Assembly: GCA_963850305.1 (NCBI GenBank) | Contig: CAWKKR010000011.1 | Coordinates: 352,001 to 416,000, forward strand | Length of the DNA stretch: 64,000 nucleotides | Origin: an uncultured delta proteobacterium | GTDB taxonomy: Bacteria; Myxococcota_A; Polyangia; Polyangiales; Polyangiaceae | Direction: 5' to 3' | Shown here: one piece after another, positions 26,810-36,833 of the stretch | Layout: each line of letters opens with the position of its first letter | Position numbering within the stretch: position 1 is the stretch's first letter | Translations under genes and position numbers: made by a program | Notes under the pieces: generated by a model | Databases searched by the model: none | Told to the model about the DNA's origin: nothing | Seen by the model: only the letters and a program-made list of their open reading frames with translations

Positions 26810-29800
26810 CTAGCCGAGGTGCGGAGGCCGCGCCAGCACTTCCGGAAACCGCGCGGAAGCCCCGCCGAACAGCGACGCCAGGACCGCGCCCGTTGCCGTC
26901 TTCTTCTTCGCGACGGCGCGGGGCGGACCCTCCGCGACGATGCGGCCGCCCCGGTCGCCGCCGTCGGGCCCGAGCTCGATCGGATGATCGGCGCTCGCCA
27001 TCACGACGGGATGGTGCTCGATGACGACGAGGGTGTCGCCGCGCTCCACGAGGCGCCCGAGGACGCGGACCAGCTTCGAGACGTCGGCGAGGTGCAGGCC
27101 CGTCGTGGGTTCGTCGAGGACGTACAGGGTGGGCTCGTGACGCACGGACGCGGTGAGCTCGGCCGACAGCTTGAGCCGCTGGGCTTCCCCGCCCGACAGC
27201 GTGTGTGACCCCTGCCCGAGCTTGATGTATCCCGCGCCGAGATCGACGAGGGTGCGGAGCGGCGAGGCGATGTTCGGGTGATTCCGGAACACGTCGGTCG
27301 CTTCCTCGGCGGTCAGCTCCAGCGCGTCGCCGATGGTGAGCCCGAGGTAGCGGACGTCGAGCGTGCTCGGCTCGAACCGCTTGCCCTCGCACGCCGGACA
27401 GCGCGAGACGACGTCGGGCAAGAAGCTCATCTCGTGCGTGATGACGCCTTGCCCTTCGCACGCGGGGCAGCGCCCCCCCTTCGGCGTGTTGAAGGAGAAT
27501 CGCGCCTTCGAGAAGCCGCGCACCTTGGCGTCGTTCGACGCCGCGAAGATGCCTCGGAGCACGTCCCAGATCCCCAGGAACGTCGCGGGCACGGAGCGCG
27601 GCGTGCGCCCGATGGGCGACTGGTCCACGGACACCGCCCTCGCGAGCGGCCCCGTACCGGTGAGGCGATCGAACGGCCCGGGTTCGTCGGCGACCAGGCC
27701 CAGCTTCGCGCGGAGCGCCGGCAAGAGCACTTGTCGGACGAGGGTGCTCTTGCCGGACCCGCTCACGCCGGCAACCACGACGAACCGACCCAGTGGAATC
27801 CGGAGGTCGACATTCTTCAGGTTGTTCGCGCGGGCTCCCAGCAGCTCGAGACGCGGGCTCTTCGCGGTCTCCGCGAGCGGCGCCCGAAGCTCCGGGGGCG
27901 TGGCCAGCGCCCGTCCCGTCGGGGACTCGGCGAGAGCGAGCACGTCTCGCGGCGTCCCTTCGGCGACGACGCGGCCTCCGTGCGAGCCGCCGCCCGGGCC
28001 GAGGTCCACGAGGTGGTCCGCCGCGAGGATGGTGTCCGCGTCGTGCTCGACGACGAGGACCGTCGAACCGATGTCGACGAGCCGACGCAGGTTGCCGAGC
28101 AGGCGCCCCGTGTCGCGCGGGTGCAAGCCGATGGTCGGCTCGTCGAGGACGTAGAGCGCCCCGGTCAGCCCCGCGCCGAGCTGCGCGGCCAGGCGCAAGC
28201 GCTGCATCTCGCCGCCGGAGAGCGTGCGCGCCGCGCGGTCGAGCGAGAGATAGTCCAGGCCCACTTCCACGAGAAACCGGAGCCGGCGCAAAAGCTCCGC
28301 CAGCGGGGCTTCGGCGATGCGCGCGGCATCGCCGGTGAACCTCCACGACGATGCCCGAGAGAGCGCCCCCGCGACGGAGCGCGCCGTGACCTCGTGAAAC
28401 CGGTCCCCGAGCAGACGCGCCTGGCGCGGCAAAGGTGCGAGGCGCGTTCCGGCACAATCCGGACAGGGTGCCGTCTCGGCTTCCGCGGTGGCGTGCGACC
28501 GCTTGCGCGCCGTCACTTCGACGACGCCGTTGCCCTCGCAGGTCGCGCACCGGCCCTGCGCGGTGTTGAACGAGAACCAGCGCGGGTCCAGCTCCGGCAC
28601 CGAAAGGCCGCACACCGGACACGCGCTCTTCGTCGAGAAGCGTTCGGTGGCACCGTCCGCGTTCCTGAGCTTCACGGCTCCCCCACCCCATTTCATCGCG
28701 ATGCGGACCGTCTTTTCGTCCAGGGACTTCGGCGACACCAGCTCCGAGAAGACGAGGTCGATGGTGTGCTCCTGCGTCTTCTTGAGCCGCGGCGGCGCAT
28801 CCGTGGACACGCGTTGCCCGTCACAATACGCCTCCGGGATGCCGGCACGCGCCGCGGCCGTGAACACGTCCAGGTACGTCCCTTTCCGCGCTTCCACGGC
28901 GGGCGATAGGAGCATCGCCTTGCCACGAGCGGTGCGCACCGCCCGGAGCACGGCGTCCTCGCTCTGCGTCGCGATCGGTTCGTCGTGATCCGGACAGTCG
29001 GGCACCGCCAGCTTGGCGTAGAGGAGCCTGAGATAGTGTGCGACCTCCGTGACCGTCGCGACCGTGGACTTGCCGCCGGCCCGCGAGGTCCGTTGCTCGA
29101 GCGCAATCGACGGGGGCACGCCGTCGACGGCGTCCACGTCGGGCCGCGGCATCGTCGGCAGAAACTGACGCGCGTACGGCGTGAGCGTCTCGAGGAAGCG
29201 GCGCTGCCCTTCGGCGAACACGACGTCGAACGCGAGCGAGCTCTTGCCGGAACCGCTCGGCCCCGTGACGACGGTGAGCGCGCCGTGCGGGATCGACACG
29301 CTCACGTCCCTCAGGTTGTGTTCGCGCGCGCGGCGCACCGACAGGGCCAGGCGTTGCGTCTCCGGCGCGGCCCTCCTCTGGACGGGGAACACACCCGGCG
29401 CGTCTCGTTCGCGCAGTGCTCGACCGGTGCGCGAATCCGCCCGCGCCACGTCGGACGGAGTGCCCTCGGCGACGACACGCCCGCCGCCCGCGCCGGCGTC
29501 GGGACCGAGATCGACGACCCAGTCCGCGCGCGCCACGACGTCGAGATCGTGGTCGACGACAATGGCGGTGCCGCCGGCGTCCACGATGGCGTCGAGCGCG
29601 TCGAGCACCTTCGCGACCTCGTCGGCGTGGAGGCCCGCGCTCGGCTCGTCCAGGATGAGAAGCTCGCCGTCGTGGTCCTCGCCGAGCGCGCGCGCGAGCT
29701 TCAGTCGCTGCGCTTCGCCTCCGGACAGCGTCGAGAGGGGTTGCCCGAGGCGCAGGTAGCCGAGCCCGAGCATGCGGAGTGGCCCGAGCGCTCGCAGGAT

Positions 29801-32161
29801 CGCCTTCTCGTCGTGGAAGAGCTCGAAGACCGCATCCACGGTGGACTCGAGGATGTCGGCGACGTTCTTGCCGCGGAACTCGACGCTGAGGGTCTCGTCG
29901 TTGAAGCGCCGGCCCTTGCACACGGGGCACATGAGGCGCACGTCCGCGAGAAACTGCATCTCGACGGTCTCGAAGCCCTCGCCCGAGCACGCCTCGCAGC
30001 GGCCCCCCTCGACGTTGAACGAGAACGCGGACGCCCCGAGTCCGAGCGCCGTCGCGCGCGGCGCGGTCGCGAGGAGCTTTCGGACGGTGTCCCACGCCTT
30101 CGTGTACGTCGCGGAGTTCCCTCGGGACGTGCGTCCGAGCGGCGACTGATCCACGAGCGTCACGCGGCGGATCTTCTCGAGCCCGCGGATGCCGTCGCAA
30201 ACGCCCGGCGGATCGACGTCCGTGCCGCCGAGCCTGCGGGCCACGGTGCGGTGCAGAATCCCTTCGACGAGCGTACTCTTGCCGGAGCCGCTCGGTCCCG
30301 TGACGGCGCAGACGACGCCGAGCGGCAGCCGCACGGTGATGTCGCGCAGGTTGTTCTCGCGAGCGCCGCGGATCTCGAGGTGGCCCGTCGGTTTGCGGGG
30401 TTCGCGCGCGCTTCGCTTCGCGCCCGCGAGCGCCCGCGCCGTGGCGCCTCCGAGTCGCGAGAGCTCGGCCGGCGTCCCATCCGCGACGATGCGTCCGCCC
30501 TCGGCGCCCGCCCCTGGCCCGAGCTCGACGACGCGATCCGCGCCGCGGATCATCGTCGGATCATGCTCGATCACGAGCACGGTGTTGCCTCGCTCGCCGA
30601 GCTCCCGCACAATCTCCGCGAGCGGCACGACGTCGGTCGGATGCAGCCCCACGGTGGGTTCGTCGAGCACGAAGAGCGCGTTGCACAGCGAGGTGCCGAG
30701 CGCCGCCGTCAGCGTCACACGCTGCGCTTCGCCGCCGGAGAGCGTCCGTGCCTGACGGTCGAGCGTCAGATAGCCGAGCCCCACGCGCTCCAGGTACCCG
30801 AGCCGGCTCGCGAGCTCCCGCCGCGCGATGTCGCCCTGACCCGTCTTCGTCGCGAGCGCGGACAGCCTGGCGCGCGCTTCGCGGATCTCGAGGGCACGCC
30901 ACGCCGCGATGTCGATGTCGCCCACGTGATACGAGAGCGCGTGCGCGCCGAGCCTTTTTCCGCCGCACGCGGCGCACGGGTCGTAAGACCGATACCGCGA
31001 GAGCAGCACGCGCACGTGCATCTTGTACGCACGCGTCTCGAGCCACTTGAACCAGCCGAGGACGCCCGGAAACTTGCCCTTGCCCCAGGGACCATCGCCG
31101 TCGAGGACGATGCGTTGCTGAGCCTTCGTGAGCGACGACCACGGTTGATCCGCCGGAACGTCGTGGCGCTTGCACAGCTTGTCGAGCTGCGCGCGCTCCC
31201 ACTTCGTGCTCTTGCCGCCCCAGGGACGAACGGCGCCACCGGCCAGCGTCCTGGCCGGATCCGGAATCACCTTGTCGAGATCGACGCCGATGGTACGGCC
31301 GAAGCCGCGACAGGGCCGGCACGCGCCGACCGGCGAATCATACGAAAAGAGGCCCGTCTCCGGCACGGACAGCGCCCGCGCGCACACCGGACATCCGAGC
31401 CCGCGCCGGAGCACGAGCGGCGGCGTGGCGCCGTTCTTGCCGTTCTCCGCCGGGCGCTGCACGTGCGCGAGCCCGGCGCTCCGACCCCACGCTTGCTCGA
31501 TGCTCGCCGCGAACCGGCCCTGTTCGTCGGCCGTCGCGCGCAGCCAATCGACCACGACCTCCGCTCTCTTCGCCTTCGCAACGACGGACGGCTTCACACC
31601 GTCTATGTCCTCGGCCTTGCCGCCGATCCAGAGACGCCGGTAGCCGTCCTGCGCCAGCGCGTCCCGGACGACGAGATACGTCTCCGCGTTCTCGACGGCG
31701 AGGGGATAGGTAATGGCGACATTCGCTCCGGCAAGCGCCGTGGTCGCGTGCCGCGCGGCCGCGATGGGATCGAGGGACACTGCTTCCATGCCGTGCTCCG
31801 GGCACGTCGCGACGGCTTCGCGCGTGAAGAGGGCGACGAGATACGGCTCGAGATCCGCCATCGTCGCGACCGTCGAGCGCGAGCTTTTCACGGGCGCGCG
31901 CCGGTCCACGGCGATCCCCGCCGGCACGGGCTCGAGCTCGTCCATCGGGGGACGCTCGAGGCGCTCGAGAAACTGCCGCGCGTACGGGCTGAAGCTCTCG
32001 ACGAAGCGCCTCTGTCCTTCGGCGTAGAGCGTATCGAGCGCGAGGCTGCTCTTCCCGGCTCCGGACACCCCCGTGATCGCGACCACGCCGCCGGCGGGCA
32101 GCTCCACATCCACGCCCGCCAGGTTGTGCGTTCGAGCGCCCTTGAGCCGTGTCGGCAACAT
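26810..32161 (-). CDS. uvrA: Double-length (tandem-fused) excinuclease ABC subunit A
   Basis: Four Walker A motifs (GVSGAGKS, GPSGSGKS twice, GVSGSGKS), four LSGGE signatures, AEGQRR motifs and multiple CxxC zinc fingers. Confidence 0.93.
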   Translation of the reverse strand: MLPTRLKGARTHNLAGVDVELPAGGVVAITGVSGAGKSSLALDTLYAEGQRRFVESFSPYARQFLERLERPPMDELEPVPAGIAVDRRAPVKSSRSTVATMADLEPYLVALFTREAVATCPEHGMEAVSLDPIAAARHATTALAGANVAITYPLAVENAETYLVVRDALAQDGYRRLWIGGKAEDIDGVKPSVVAKAKRAEVVVDWLRATADEQGRFAASIEQAWGRSAGLAHVQRPAENGKNGATPPLVLRRGLGCPVCARALSVPETGLFSYDSPVGACRPCRGFGRTIGVDLDKVIPDPARTLAGGAVRPWGGKSTKWERAQLDKLCKRHDVPADQPWSSLTKAQQRIVLDGDGPWGKGKFPGVLGWFKWLETRAYKMHVRVLLSRYRSYDPCAACGGKRLGAHALSYHVGDIDIAAWRALEIREARARLSALATKTGQGDIARRELASRLGYLERVGLGYLTLDRQARTLSGGEAQRVTLTAALGTSLCNALFVLDEPTVGLHPTDVVPLAEIVRELGERGNTVLVIEHDPTMIRGADRVVELGPGAGAEGGRIVADGTPAELSRLGGATARALAGAKRSAREPRKPTGHLEIRGARENNLRDITVRLPLGVVCAVTGPSGSGKSTLVEGILHRTVARRLGGTDVDPPGVCDGIRGLEKIRRVTLVDQSPLGRTSRGNSATYTKAWDTVRKLLATAPRATALGLGASAFSFNVEGGRCEACSGEGFETVEMQFLADVRLMCPVCKGRRFNDETLSVEFRGKNVADILESTVDAVFELFHDEKAILRALGPLRMLGLGYLRLGQPLSTLSGGEAQRLKLARALGEDHDGELLILDEPSAGLHADEVAKVLDALDAIVDAGGTAIVVDHDLDVVARADWVVDLGPDAGAGGGRVVAEGTPSDVARADSRTGRALRERDAPGVFPVQRRAAPETQRLALSVRRAREHNLRDVSVSIPHGALTVVTGPSGSGKSSLAFDVVFAEGQRRFLETLTPYARQFLPTMPRPDVDAVDGVPPSIALEQRTSRAGGKSTVATVTEVAHYLRLLYAKLAVPDCPDHDEPIATQSEDAVLRAVRTARGKAMLLSPAVEARKGTYLDVFTAAARAGIPEAYCDGQRVSTDAPPRLKKTQEHTIDLVFSELVSPKSLDEKTVRIAMKWGGGAVKLRNADGATERFSTKSACPVCGLSVPELDPRWFSFNTAQGRCATCEGNGVVEVTARKRSHATAEAETAPCPDCAGTRLAPLPRQARLLGDRFHEVTARSVAGALSRASSWRFTGDAARIAEAPLAELLRRLRFLVEVGLDYLSLDRAARTLSGGEMQRLRLAAQLGAGLTGALYVLDEPTIGLHPRDTGRLLGNLRRLVDIGSTVLVVEHDADTILAADHLVDLGPGGGSHGGRVVAEGTPRDVLALAESPTGRALATPPELRAPLAETAKSPRLELLGARANNLKNVDLRIPLGRFVVVAGVSGSGKSTLVRQVLLPALRAKLGLVADEPGPFDRLTGTGPLARAVSVDQSPIGRTPRSVPATFLGIWDVLRGIFAASNDAKVRGFSKARFSFNTPKGGRCPACEGQGVITHEMSFLPDVVSRCPACEGKRFEPSTLDVRYLGLTIGDALELTAEEATDVFRNHPNIASPLRTLVDLGAGYIKLGQGSHTLSGGEAQRLKLSAELTASVRHEPTLYVLDEPTTGLHLADVSKLVRVLGRLVERGDTLVVIEHHPVVMASADHPIELGPDGGDRGGRIVAEGPPRAVAKKKTATGAVLASLFGGASARFPEVLARPPHLG

Positions 32162-32277
32162 GAGCCGGCGACTTAGCACCGCTTTTCGAAAAGCCGTCAA
32201 CCGGGCCGGGCCGAGGGCGCGGAGCGCCGGTTTCCCGGGGGTCGCGCGTCCGGCCCGTCGTGTACTAAAGTCCAGGG

Positions 32278-32880
32278 ATGAATCGCGCTAACTTCGCGGG
32301 GGCGTTCGCGTTCGTTCTGCTGCCGAGCCTCGCGCTCGCAAACATCTTCCAGAAGTCGGGCACGGAGAAGTGGACCGAACCTTCGGGGCACGCGACGGCC
32401 CTCCACGGTGATCTCCTCACCACGGCGAACTACTACGGCCTCGAGACGCTCGCGCTCCACCAATACGGACACTCGGCGTGTGTGCTCGGCGCGGACGAGT
32501 CGGCGCTGTCGACACACTCGCGCACGACGCTCAGCGACGTGAAGGCGTGCGAGCCCACCGGCGGGGAACAGTGGAAGCAGGCGGACCTGGGCGCCGGCAA
32601 GTTCGTCACCGGCATCGCGACATGCACGGGCAGCGTCGGAGAGAACTCCATCCACGGCGTTCAGCTCTGGGGTGCGACGCTCCGGGCCGACGGCAAGGTC
32701 GTCCCCGCCGCGCAGAGCGTGAAGGTCGAGCTCTTCGGCTGCAAGGTATGGCAACAGAAGCAGATGTGTCCCGCCGGCTTCATCGCCACCGGCGTCCGCG
32801 CCTACTGGCCCGACGCCACGAACGGCATGTCCGGACTTGCGCTCAGGTGTCACCAGGTCGAGTGGCGCGAGCTGCCGTAG
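32278..32880 (+). CDS. Secreted hypothetical protein, possible beta-prism (VOMI/jacalin-like) fold
   Basis: Signal peptide (ALA-N) and repeated F.TGI...I.G..L / CP.G..ATG...GL.L.C motifs. Confidence 0.65.
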   Translation: MNRANFAGAFAFVLLPSLALANIFQKSGTEKWTEPSGHATALHGDLLTTANYYGLETLALHQYGHSACVLGADESALSTHSRTTLSDVKACEPTGGEQWKQADLGAGKFVTGIATCTGSVGENSIHGVQLWGATLRADGKVVPAAQSVKVELFGCKVWQQKQMCPAGFIATGVRAYWPDATNGMSGLALRCHQVEWRELP

Positions 32881-33112
32881 CGGGAGCAGAGGAAGAATGC
32901 TGCCTCGCGAGAGGGCGCGTGCACAAGGAACGCCGCGTCCCTTTGCCTCCGTGCCCGCGCGCCGGCGGCGCCCGGAAGCCAAGCGTCCCACCGTGAGCGC
33001 GCCGAGTAAATCCGCACCAGCAAAAGATCTGCGGCCGAGGAAACTCGCGCAACGGAGCCAGCGGGGCGTCCGATTCAGGAGGGAGACCGTCGTGGTACCA
33101 TGCAGCACCGCC

Positions 33113-33832
33113 ATGCAGCACCCAGACCCAGGGAGCACTCGAGGAGTGCTCGTGCAGCACCGAGTGCCGGGTTTCTCGGAGCAGTGGCTCATCGGCGATC
33201 CCGTGCCTGAGGCCGCCTGGCACGATCGCGCGGTCGAGCTGCTGAAGGCCTTGCTCGAGCACTGGGTCCAGCGCACCGCCAGAGACGCCTGCGTGTTCCG
33301 CAACCTCGCCGTGCGCGTCTCCAGCGACAACCCGCGTATCGGCTTCGACCCGGACCTCATGGTCGTCGCGCCGGCACCGCCCGGCGCGGAAGACTTGTCG
33401 AGTCTCCGCGTGTGGGAGCCTGGCCACACCGTGCCGTCCCTCGTCATCGAGGTCGTCAGTCCCGGTCACCCGTTCAAGGACTACGCTGAGATCCCCGACC
33501 AGTGCGCGGCCGTCGGCGTCGGAGAGCTGGTCGTGTTCGATCCGCTACTCGTCGGGCCAAAGGCACTGGGCGGTCCGCGACGGTTACAAGTGTGGCGCTG
33601 GACCGACGTCGGCACGTTCGAGCGGATCGCTTCGGGTGAAGGACCCTTCGCGTGCGACCTTCTCGGCGCCTATCTGTGCACGTCCGAAGACGGACGCCGC
33701 TTGCGGATTGCGGACGACGAGAGCGGGCAACGTCTCTGGCCCACGCTGGAGGAAGCCGCTCTCGCGCGGAAGGACGAGGCGCTCGCGCGGATTGCGGAAC
33801 TCGAACACGAGCTGAGTCGGCGCGGGACGTGA
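33113..33832 (+). CDS. Uma2-family (DUF820) putative endonuclease
   Basis: PEAAWH, PDLMVV, LVIEVVSP...KD, GV.EL..FDP and a helical tail. The start codon is uncertain. Confidence 0.85.
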   Translation: MQHPDPGSTRGVLVQHRVPGFSEQWLIGDPVPEAAWHDRAVELLKALLEHWVQRTARDACVFRNLAVRVSSDNPRIGFDPDLMVVAPAPPGAEDLSSLRVWEPGHTVPSLVIEVVSPGHPFKDYAEIPDQCAAVGVGELVVFDPLLVGPKALGGPRRLQVWRWTDVGTFERIASGEGPFACDLLGAYLCTSEDGRRLRIADDESGQRLWPTLEEAALARKDEALARIAELEHELSRRGT

Positions 33833-33892
33833 CCGGCTCGACTTCGCTCGAAGCGTTCGAGAGCCCTTCGAGGGGCTTCGAGGGCGCCCGGG

Positions 33893-35230
33893 TTACGGGA
33901 GCGGCCGGTCCGGACGCTCGGCCGCGAGTCGTTCGCGGATCTCGGCGTACACACCGGGGTGGTTCATGAGCTCGAGGTGATGTGCGCCGCCGATGACGCG
34001 GCCGCCGTGAAACGGAATGCTGCGCGCCGGCTCTTCGCCGAAACCGGCGGCGCTCGGTAGCCGGACGAGGACGTCGCCGATGAGCTGCCCGAGGGGATGA
34101 TTGGGGTCCTGGGTGATCGTGGAGCCAATGAAGCAATAGGTGACGGCGTCCACGAACGGGACTCGCTGGCTGTTGTCTTCGAGGAATGCGTCGGGGTCCT
34201 TCCCTTTCCACTCCTCGTCCACGACATATCCGAAGCGGAGGTCCTTGATGCCCGCGCTGCGGCCATTCAGGATCTTCGCGGGCACCTGCGTGCCGGGCGT
34301 ATCGAAGAAGCTCAGCACGGAAGCGAGCACGTTGCTCGCCTTCTCGAGCGGCGCGCCGAGGTTCGGGGAGCCGATGCAGAATACGTGACGGAGCTTTCCG
34401 ACCCAGGTTTCGCCATCGGACGCGGCGTAGTGCGCGGCGCTGCGCGACACGAGCCCGCCCATGCTGTGCCCGATGAGGACGATGTCCTCGACGTCGATCG
34501 GATACGCAGCGACGATGTCGCGGAGGAGTTCCGCGAGATGGCGGCCGTTCTCGGAAATATGGAGGCCCGTGTTGTACCGAACGTAGAGCGGCGTGTAGCC
34601 GAGCTCGTCGCGCAGCATCGTGCCGAAGTTCACGGCGGGGTCGCCGTGGAACTCCTCGGCCAGGAAGCTCCACGCCCACTCGGTGCAGCCGAGCCCATGC
34701 ACGAACACGCAGACCCTGGACGTCGCGTTCGGCACCGCGGCGACGAGGGCAAAGCGACTCGACTCGAGGGGTTCGCCGCCGTGGTGGAGCGCCATGCGGA
34801 TCTGCAGGTCGTTGCCGCGTTCGCTCAGGAAGTCACCGATGGCGCCGTTGAGCGCACCCTCCGCGTGGTCGAGCCACCACGCGAGGGTGCCGGTCGCGCC
34901 GGGCCACATGGGCGTGCGTGCGAGGGCCGTCGCTTCGAATGCGACGCGTTCGTCGATGCCCGCTCCCGCGGCGGCGCTCTTGACGAGCGCGATGCCCGCG
35001 TCCTCGAGCAGGCGAATGCCGTGGTTCGTCGCGCGGATGGCGCCGAAGACGGCGGACGCCGTCAGCCGGCGCGCGCCGTCGACCACCTCGACCGCCTCGG
35101 CGAGCGGCTCGATCCTGGAGAGCAACTCGACGGGCTTTCCGGCGACGGCCTCGTGCGTCTCTTCGACGAGGTCCGTCGTTCGCTCGATCGCGTCATGCAC
35201 GAGGTTCTTCAAGCCGAGAAGCCGCCGCAT
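33893..35230 (-). CDS. Alpha/beta-hydrolase (PGAP1-like lipase/esterase)
   Basis: FVHGL, RYNTG.HIS.NG, GHSMGG, G.P..GAPLE, GD.LV and HH..L.NHP.VY. Confidence 0.88.
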   Translation of the reverse strand: MRRLLGLKNLVHDAIERTTDLVEETHEAVAGKPVELLSRIEPLAEAVEVVDGARRLTASAVFGAIRATNHGIRLLEDAGIALVKSAAAGAGIDERVAFEATALARTPMWPGATGTLAWWLDHAEGALNGAIGDFLSERGNDLQIRMALHHGGEPLESSRFALVAAVPNATSRVCVFVHGLGCTEWAWSFLAEEFHGDPAVNFGTMLRDELGYTPLYVRYNTGLHISENGRHLAELLRDIVAAYPIDVEDIVLIGHSMGGLVSRSAAHYAASDGETWVGKLRHVFCIGSPNLGAPLEKASNVLASVLSFFDTPGTQVPAKILNGRSAGIKDLRFGYVVDEEWKGKDPDAFLEDNSQRVPFVDAVTYCFIGSTITQDPNHPLGQLIGDVLVRLPSAAGFGEEPARSIPFHGGRVIGGAHHLELMNHPGVYAEIRERLAAERPDRPLP

Positions 35231-35351
35231 GCCTTCGAGCCATAGCACGGTGCCCGCCGGCCCGCGTTTTGCGAAGGATTTCCGGCATCCTACCGTGAGG
35301 GGCGGTGACGCCCGAGCCTTGGGCGACTTCCGCGGCGCGGCGCGCCTGCGG

Positions 35352-36104
35352 CTATGCGCGCGACTCGTAGACGTTGCCTTCGGGGAACTCGACCGCAGTC
35401 AGGAAGCCGCCGTTCCCGCAGCCGGTGTCGATGCCCACGGTGCATTCGCCGGCCCAGAGATCCGTCGGATCTTCGGGGGTGTAGCCGCTGAGCTCGGGCG
35501 GCAGGTATTCGGTCCGCGTGTGGCCGAACACGACGCGCTTGCCGCGGTAGTTGGCGAAGAACTCTTCGTCGCGGAGCCACAGGAGCGCGATCGGCGCCTT
35601 GACGTCCCTCGGGTGTAAAAATCCGTCCGGGCCTTGTGGCAAGCCCGCGTGGACGTAGATGGCGTGCTCGTCCTCGTACCAGTACGGCAGGCCCTTGAAC
35701 CAGGCGATCACGTCCTCGGGAAAGAAGTCTCCGGACTGAAAGATCAGTCGCTCCTCCGGGCCGGGGAGCTCGCCTTCCTGAGGCACTTTCCCGCCGACGA
35801 ACGAGCGCATGGTGGTCAGGCACCCGTTCGGAGGCGGCATGATGAAGTCATCCCAGCCCTGCTCGATCACGCGAAGCCAGCCGTCCTCGTGATTGCCGCG
35901 GAGAGCTACCACCTTGGCCTTCGTCTGGGACGGGAGCTTTCGCACGTAGTCGACCACCTCCTTCGACTTGGCGCCGCGATCGACGTAGTCGCCGAGAAAG
36001 ACGATGGTGTCCTCGTCGTCGAGCTCCGGGAGCGCGCTCATGATCTTGAAGAGGTGTTCGGCCTCTCCGTGGATGTCGCCGATAGCGAAGGTTCGCCCCG
36101 TCAT
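35352..36104 (-). CDS. Metallophosphoesterase (PPP-type Ser/Thr phosphatase)
   Basis: GDIHG, GDYVDRG, RGNHE, VHAG, FGHT and IDTG. Confidence 0.92.
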   Translation of the reverse strand: MTGRTFAIGDIHGEAEHLFKIMSALPELDDEDTIVFLGDYVDRGAKSKEVVDYVRKLPSQTKAKVVALRGNHEDGWLRVIEQGWDDFIMPPPNGCLTTMRSFVGGKVPQEGELPGPEERLIFQSGDFFPEDVIAWFKGLPYWYEDEHAIYVHAGLPQGPDGFLHPRDVKAPIALLWLRDEEFFANYRGKRVVFGHTRTEYLPPELSGYTPEDPTDLWAGECTVGIDTGCGNGGFLTAVEFPEGNVYESRA

Positions 36105-36330
36105 TTGCCGAACATCATGTCAGAGCCGCCGCTCGCGGGAAACGTCCTTGACGCGCCGTTCCGTCCCGACCTCGGTCCCCCCTCGACGGTCCCCCCTCCC
36201 TCGACGGTCCCCCCTCCCTTGACGAACGAAAAGCCGGACCCATCCTCGTGAAAACGGCGCGAGGCATGTCGCCCGCGCTTGCAAGAACCCGCCGGGTGCG
36301 AACGCCCCGGCGAGGAGAAACGAGAGAGAA

Positions 36331-36825
36331 ATGCATCCTGCAATGATGGATTGGTGGAGCCGGCGTCGTCGCGAACACGAGGCGGCGTGCGGAGAAGGTG
36401 CGACGTGTGGTCACGGAGGCGGCGGTCGTGGCCACCATCACGAGTGGCGGCACGCCGGGGGACACGACGAGGAGTTCGGAGGGGGCGCGTTCGGCGTGCG
36501 GCGTCCGCTCCGGTTCCTCGCGTGGAAGCTGGAGCTCGAAGAGCGTCAGGTCGCCGAGCTGGCCAAGATCCTGGACGACCTGAAGACGGAACGCGCGCAG
36601 GCCGCGGTCGACAATCGACGTTCGACCAGCTCGTTCGCGGACGGCATCGCGGGCGACGGATTCGACGCCGCGAAAGTGAAAGAGGGAGCGGAGCTGCGCG
36701 TGAAGACCGCCGAGCGTTTGCGCGACGCGGTCGTGAACGCGCTCTCGCGCATCCACGCCGTCCTCGACGCCGAACAGCGTCAACGCCTGGCGTACCTGAT
36801 CCGCACAGGCGCGCTCGCCATCTGA
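36331..36825 (+). CDS. Spy/CpxP-like (LTXXQ) helical protein with a His/Gly-rich N-terminus
   Basis: LELEERQ and HAVLDAEQR motifs. Confidence 0.7.
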   Translation: MHPAMMDWWSRRRREHEAACGEGATCGHGGGGRGHHHEWRHAGGHDEEFGGGAFGVRRPLRFLAWKLELEERQVAELAKILDDLKTERAQAAVDNRRSTSSFADGIAGDGFDAAKVKEGAELRVKTAERLRDAVVNALSRIHAVLDAEQRQRLAYLIRTGALAI

Positions 36826-36833
36826 ATCGAGCC

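Noticed and set aside
28985..32176. 1063-aa plus-strand ORF and similar long antisense ORFs (e.g. 48774..50285, the 5' part of 38396..40822)
   Set aside because: These are shadow frames opposite real genes, expected in high-GC DNA, and have no recognisable motifs.
33840..33890. Palindromic ttcga-rich stretch as a mobile repeat
   Set aside because: It is a single short copy between convergent genes, adequately explained as a terminator-like hairpin.
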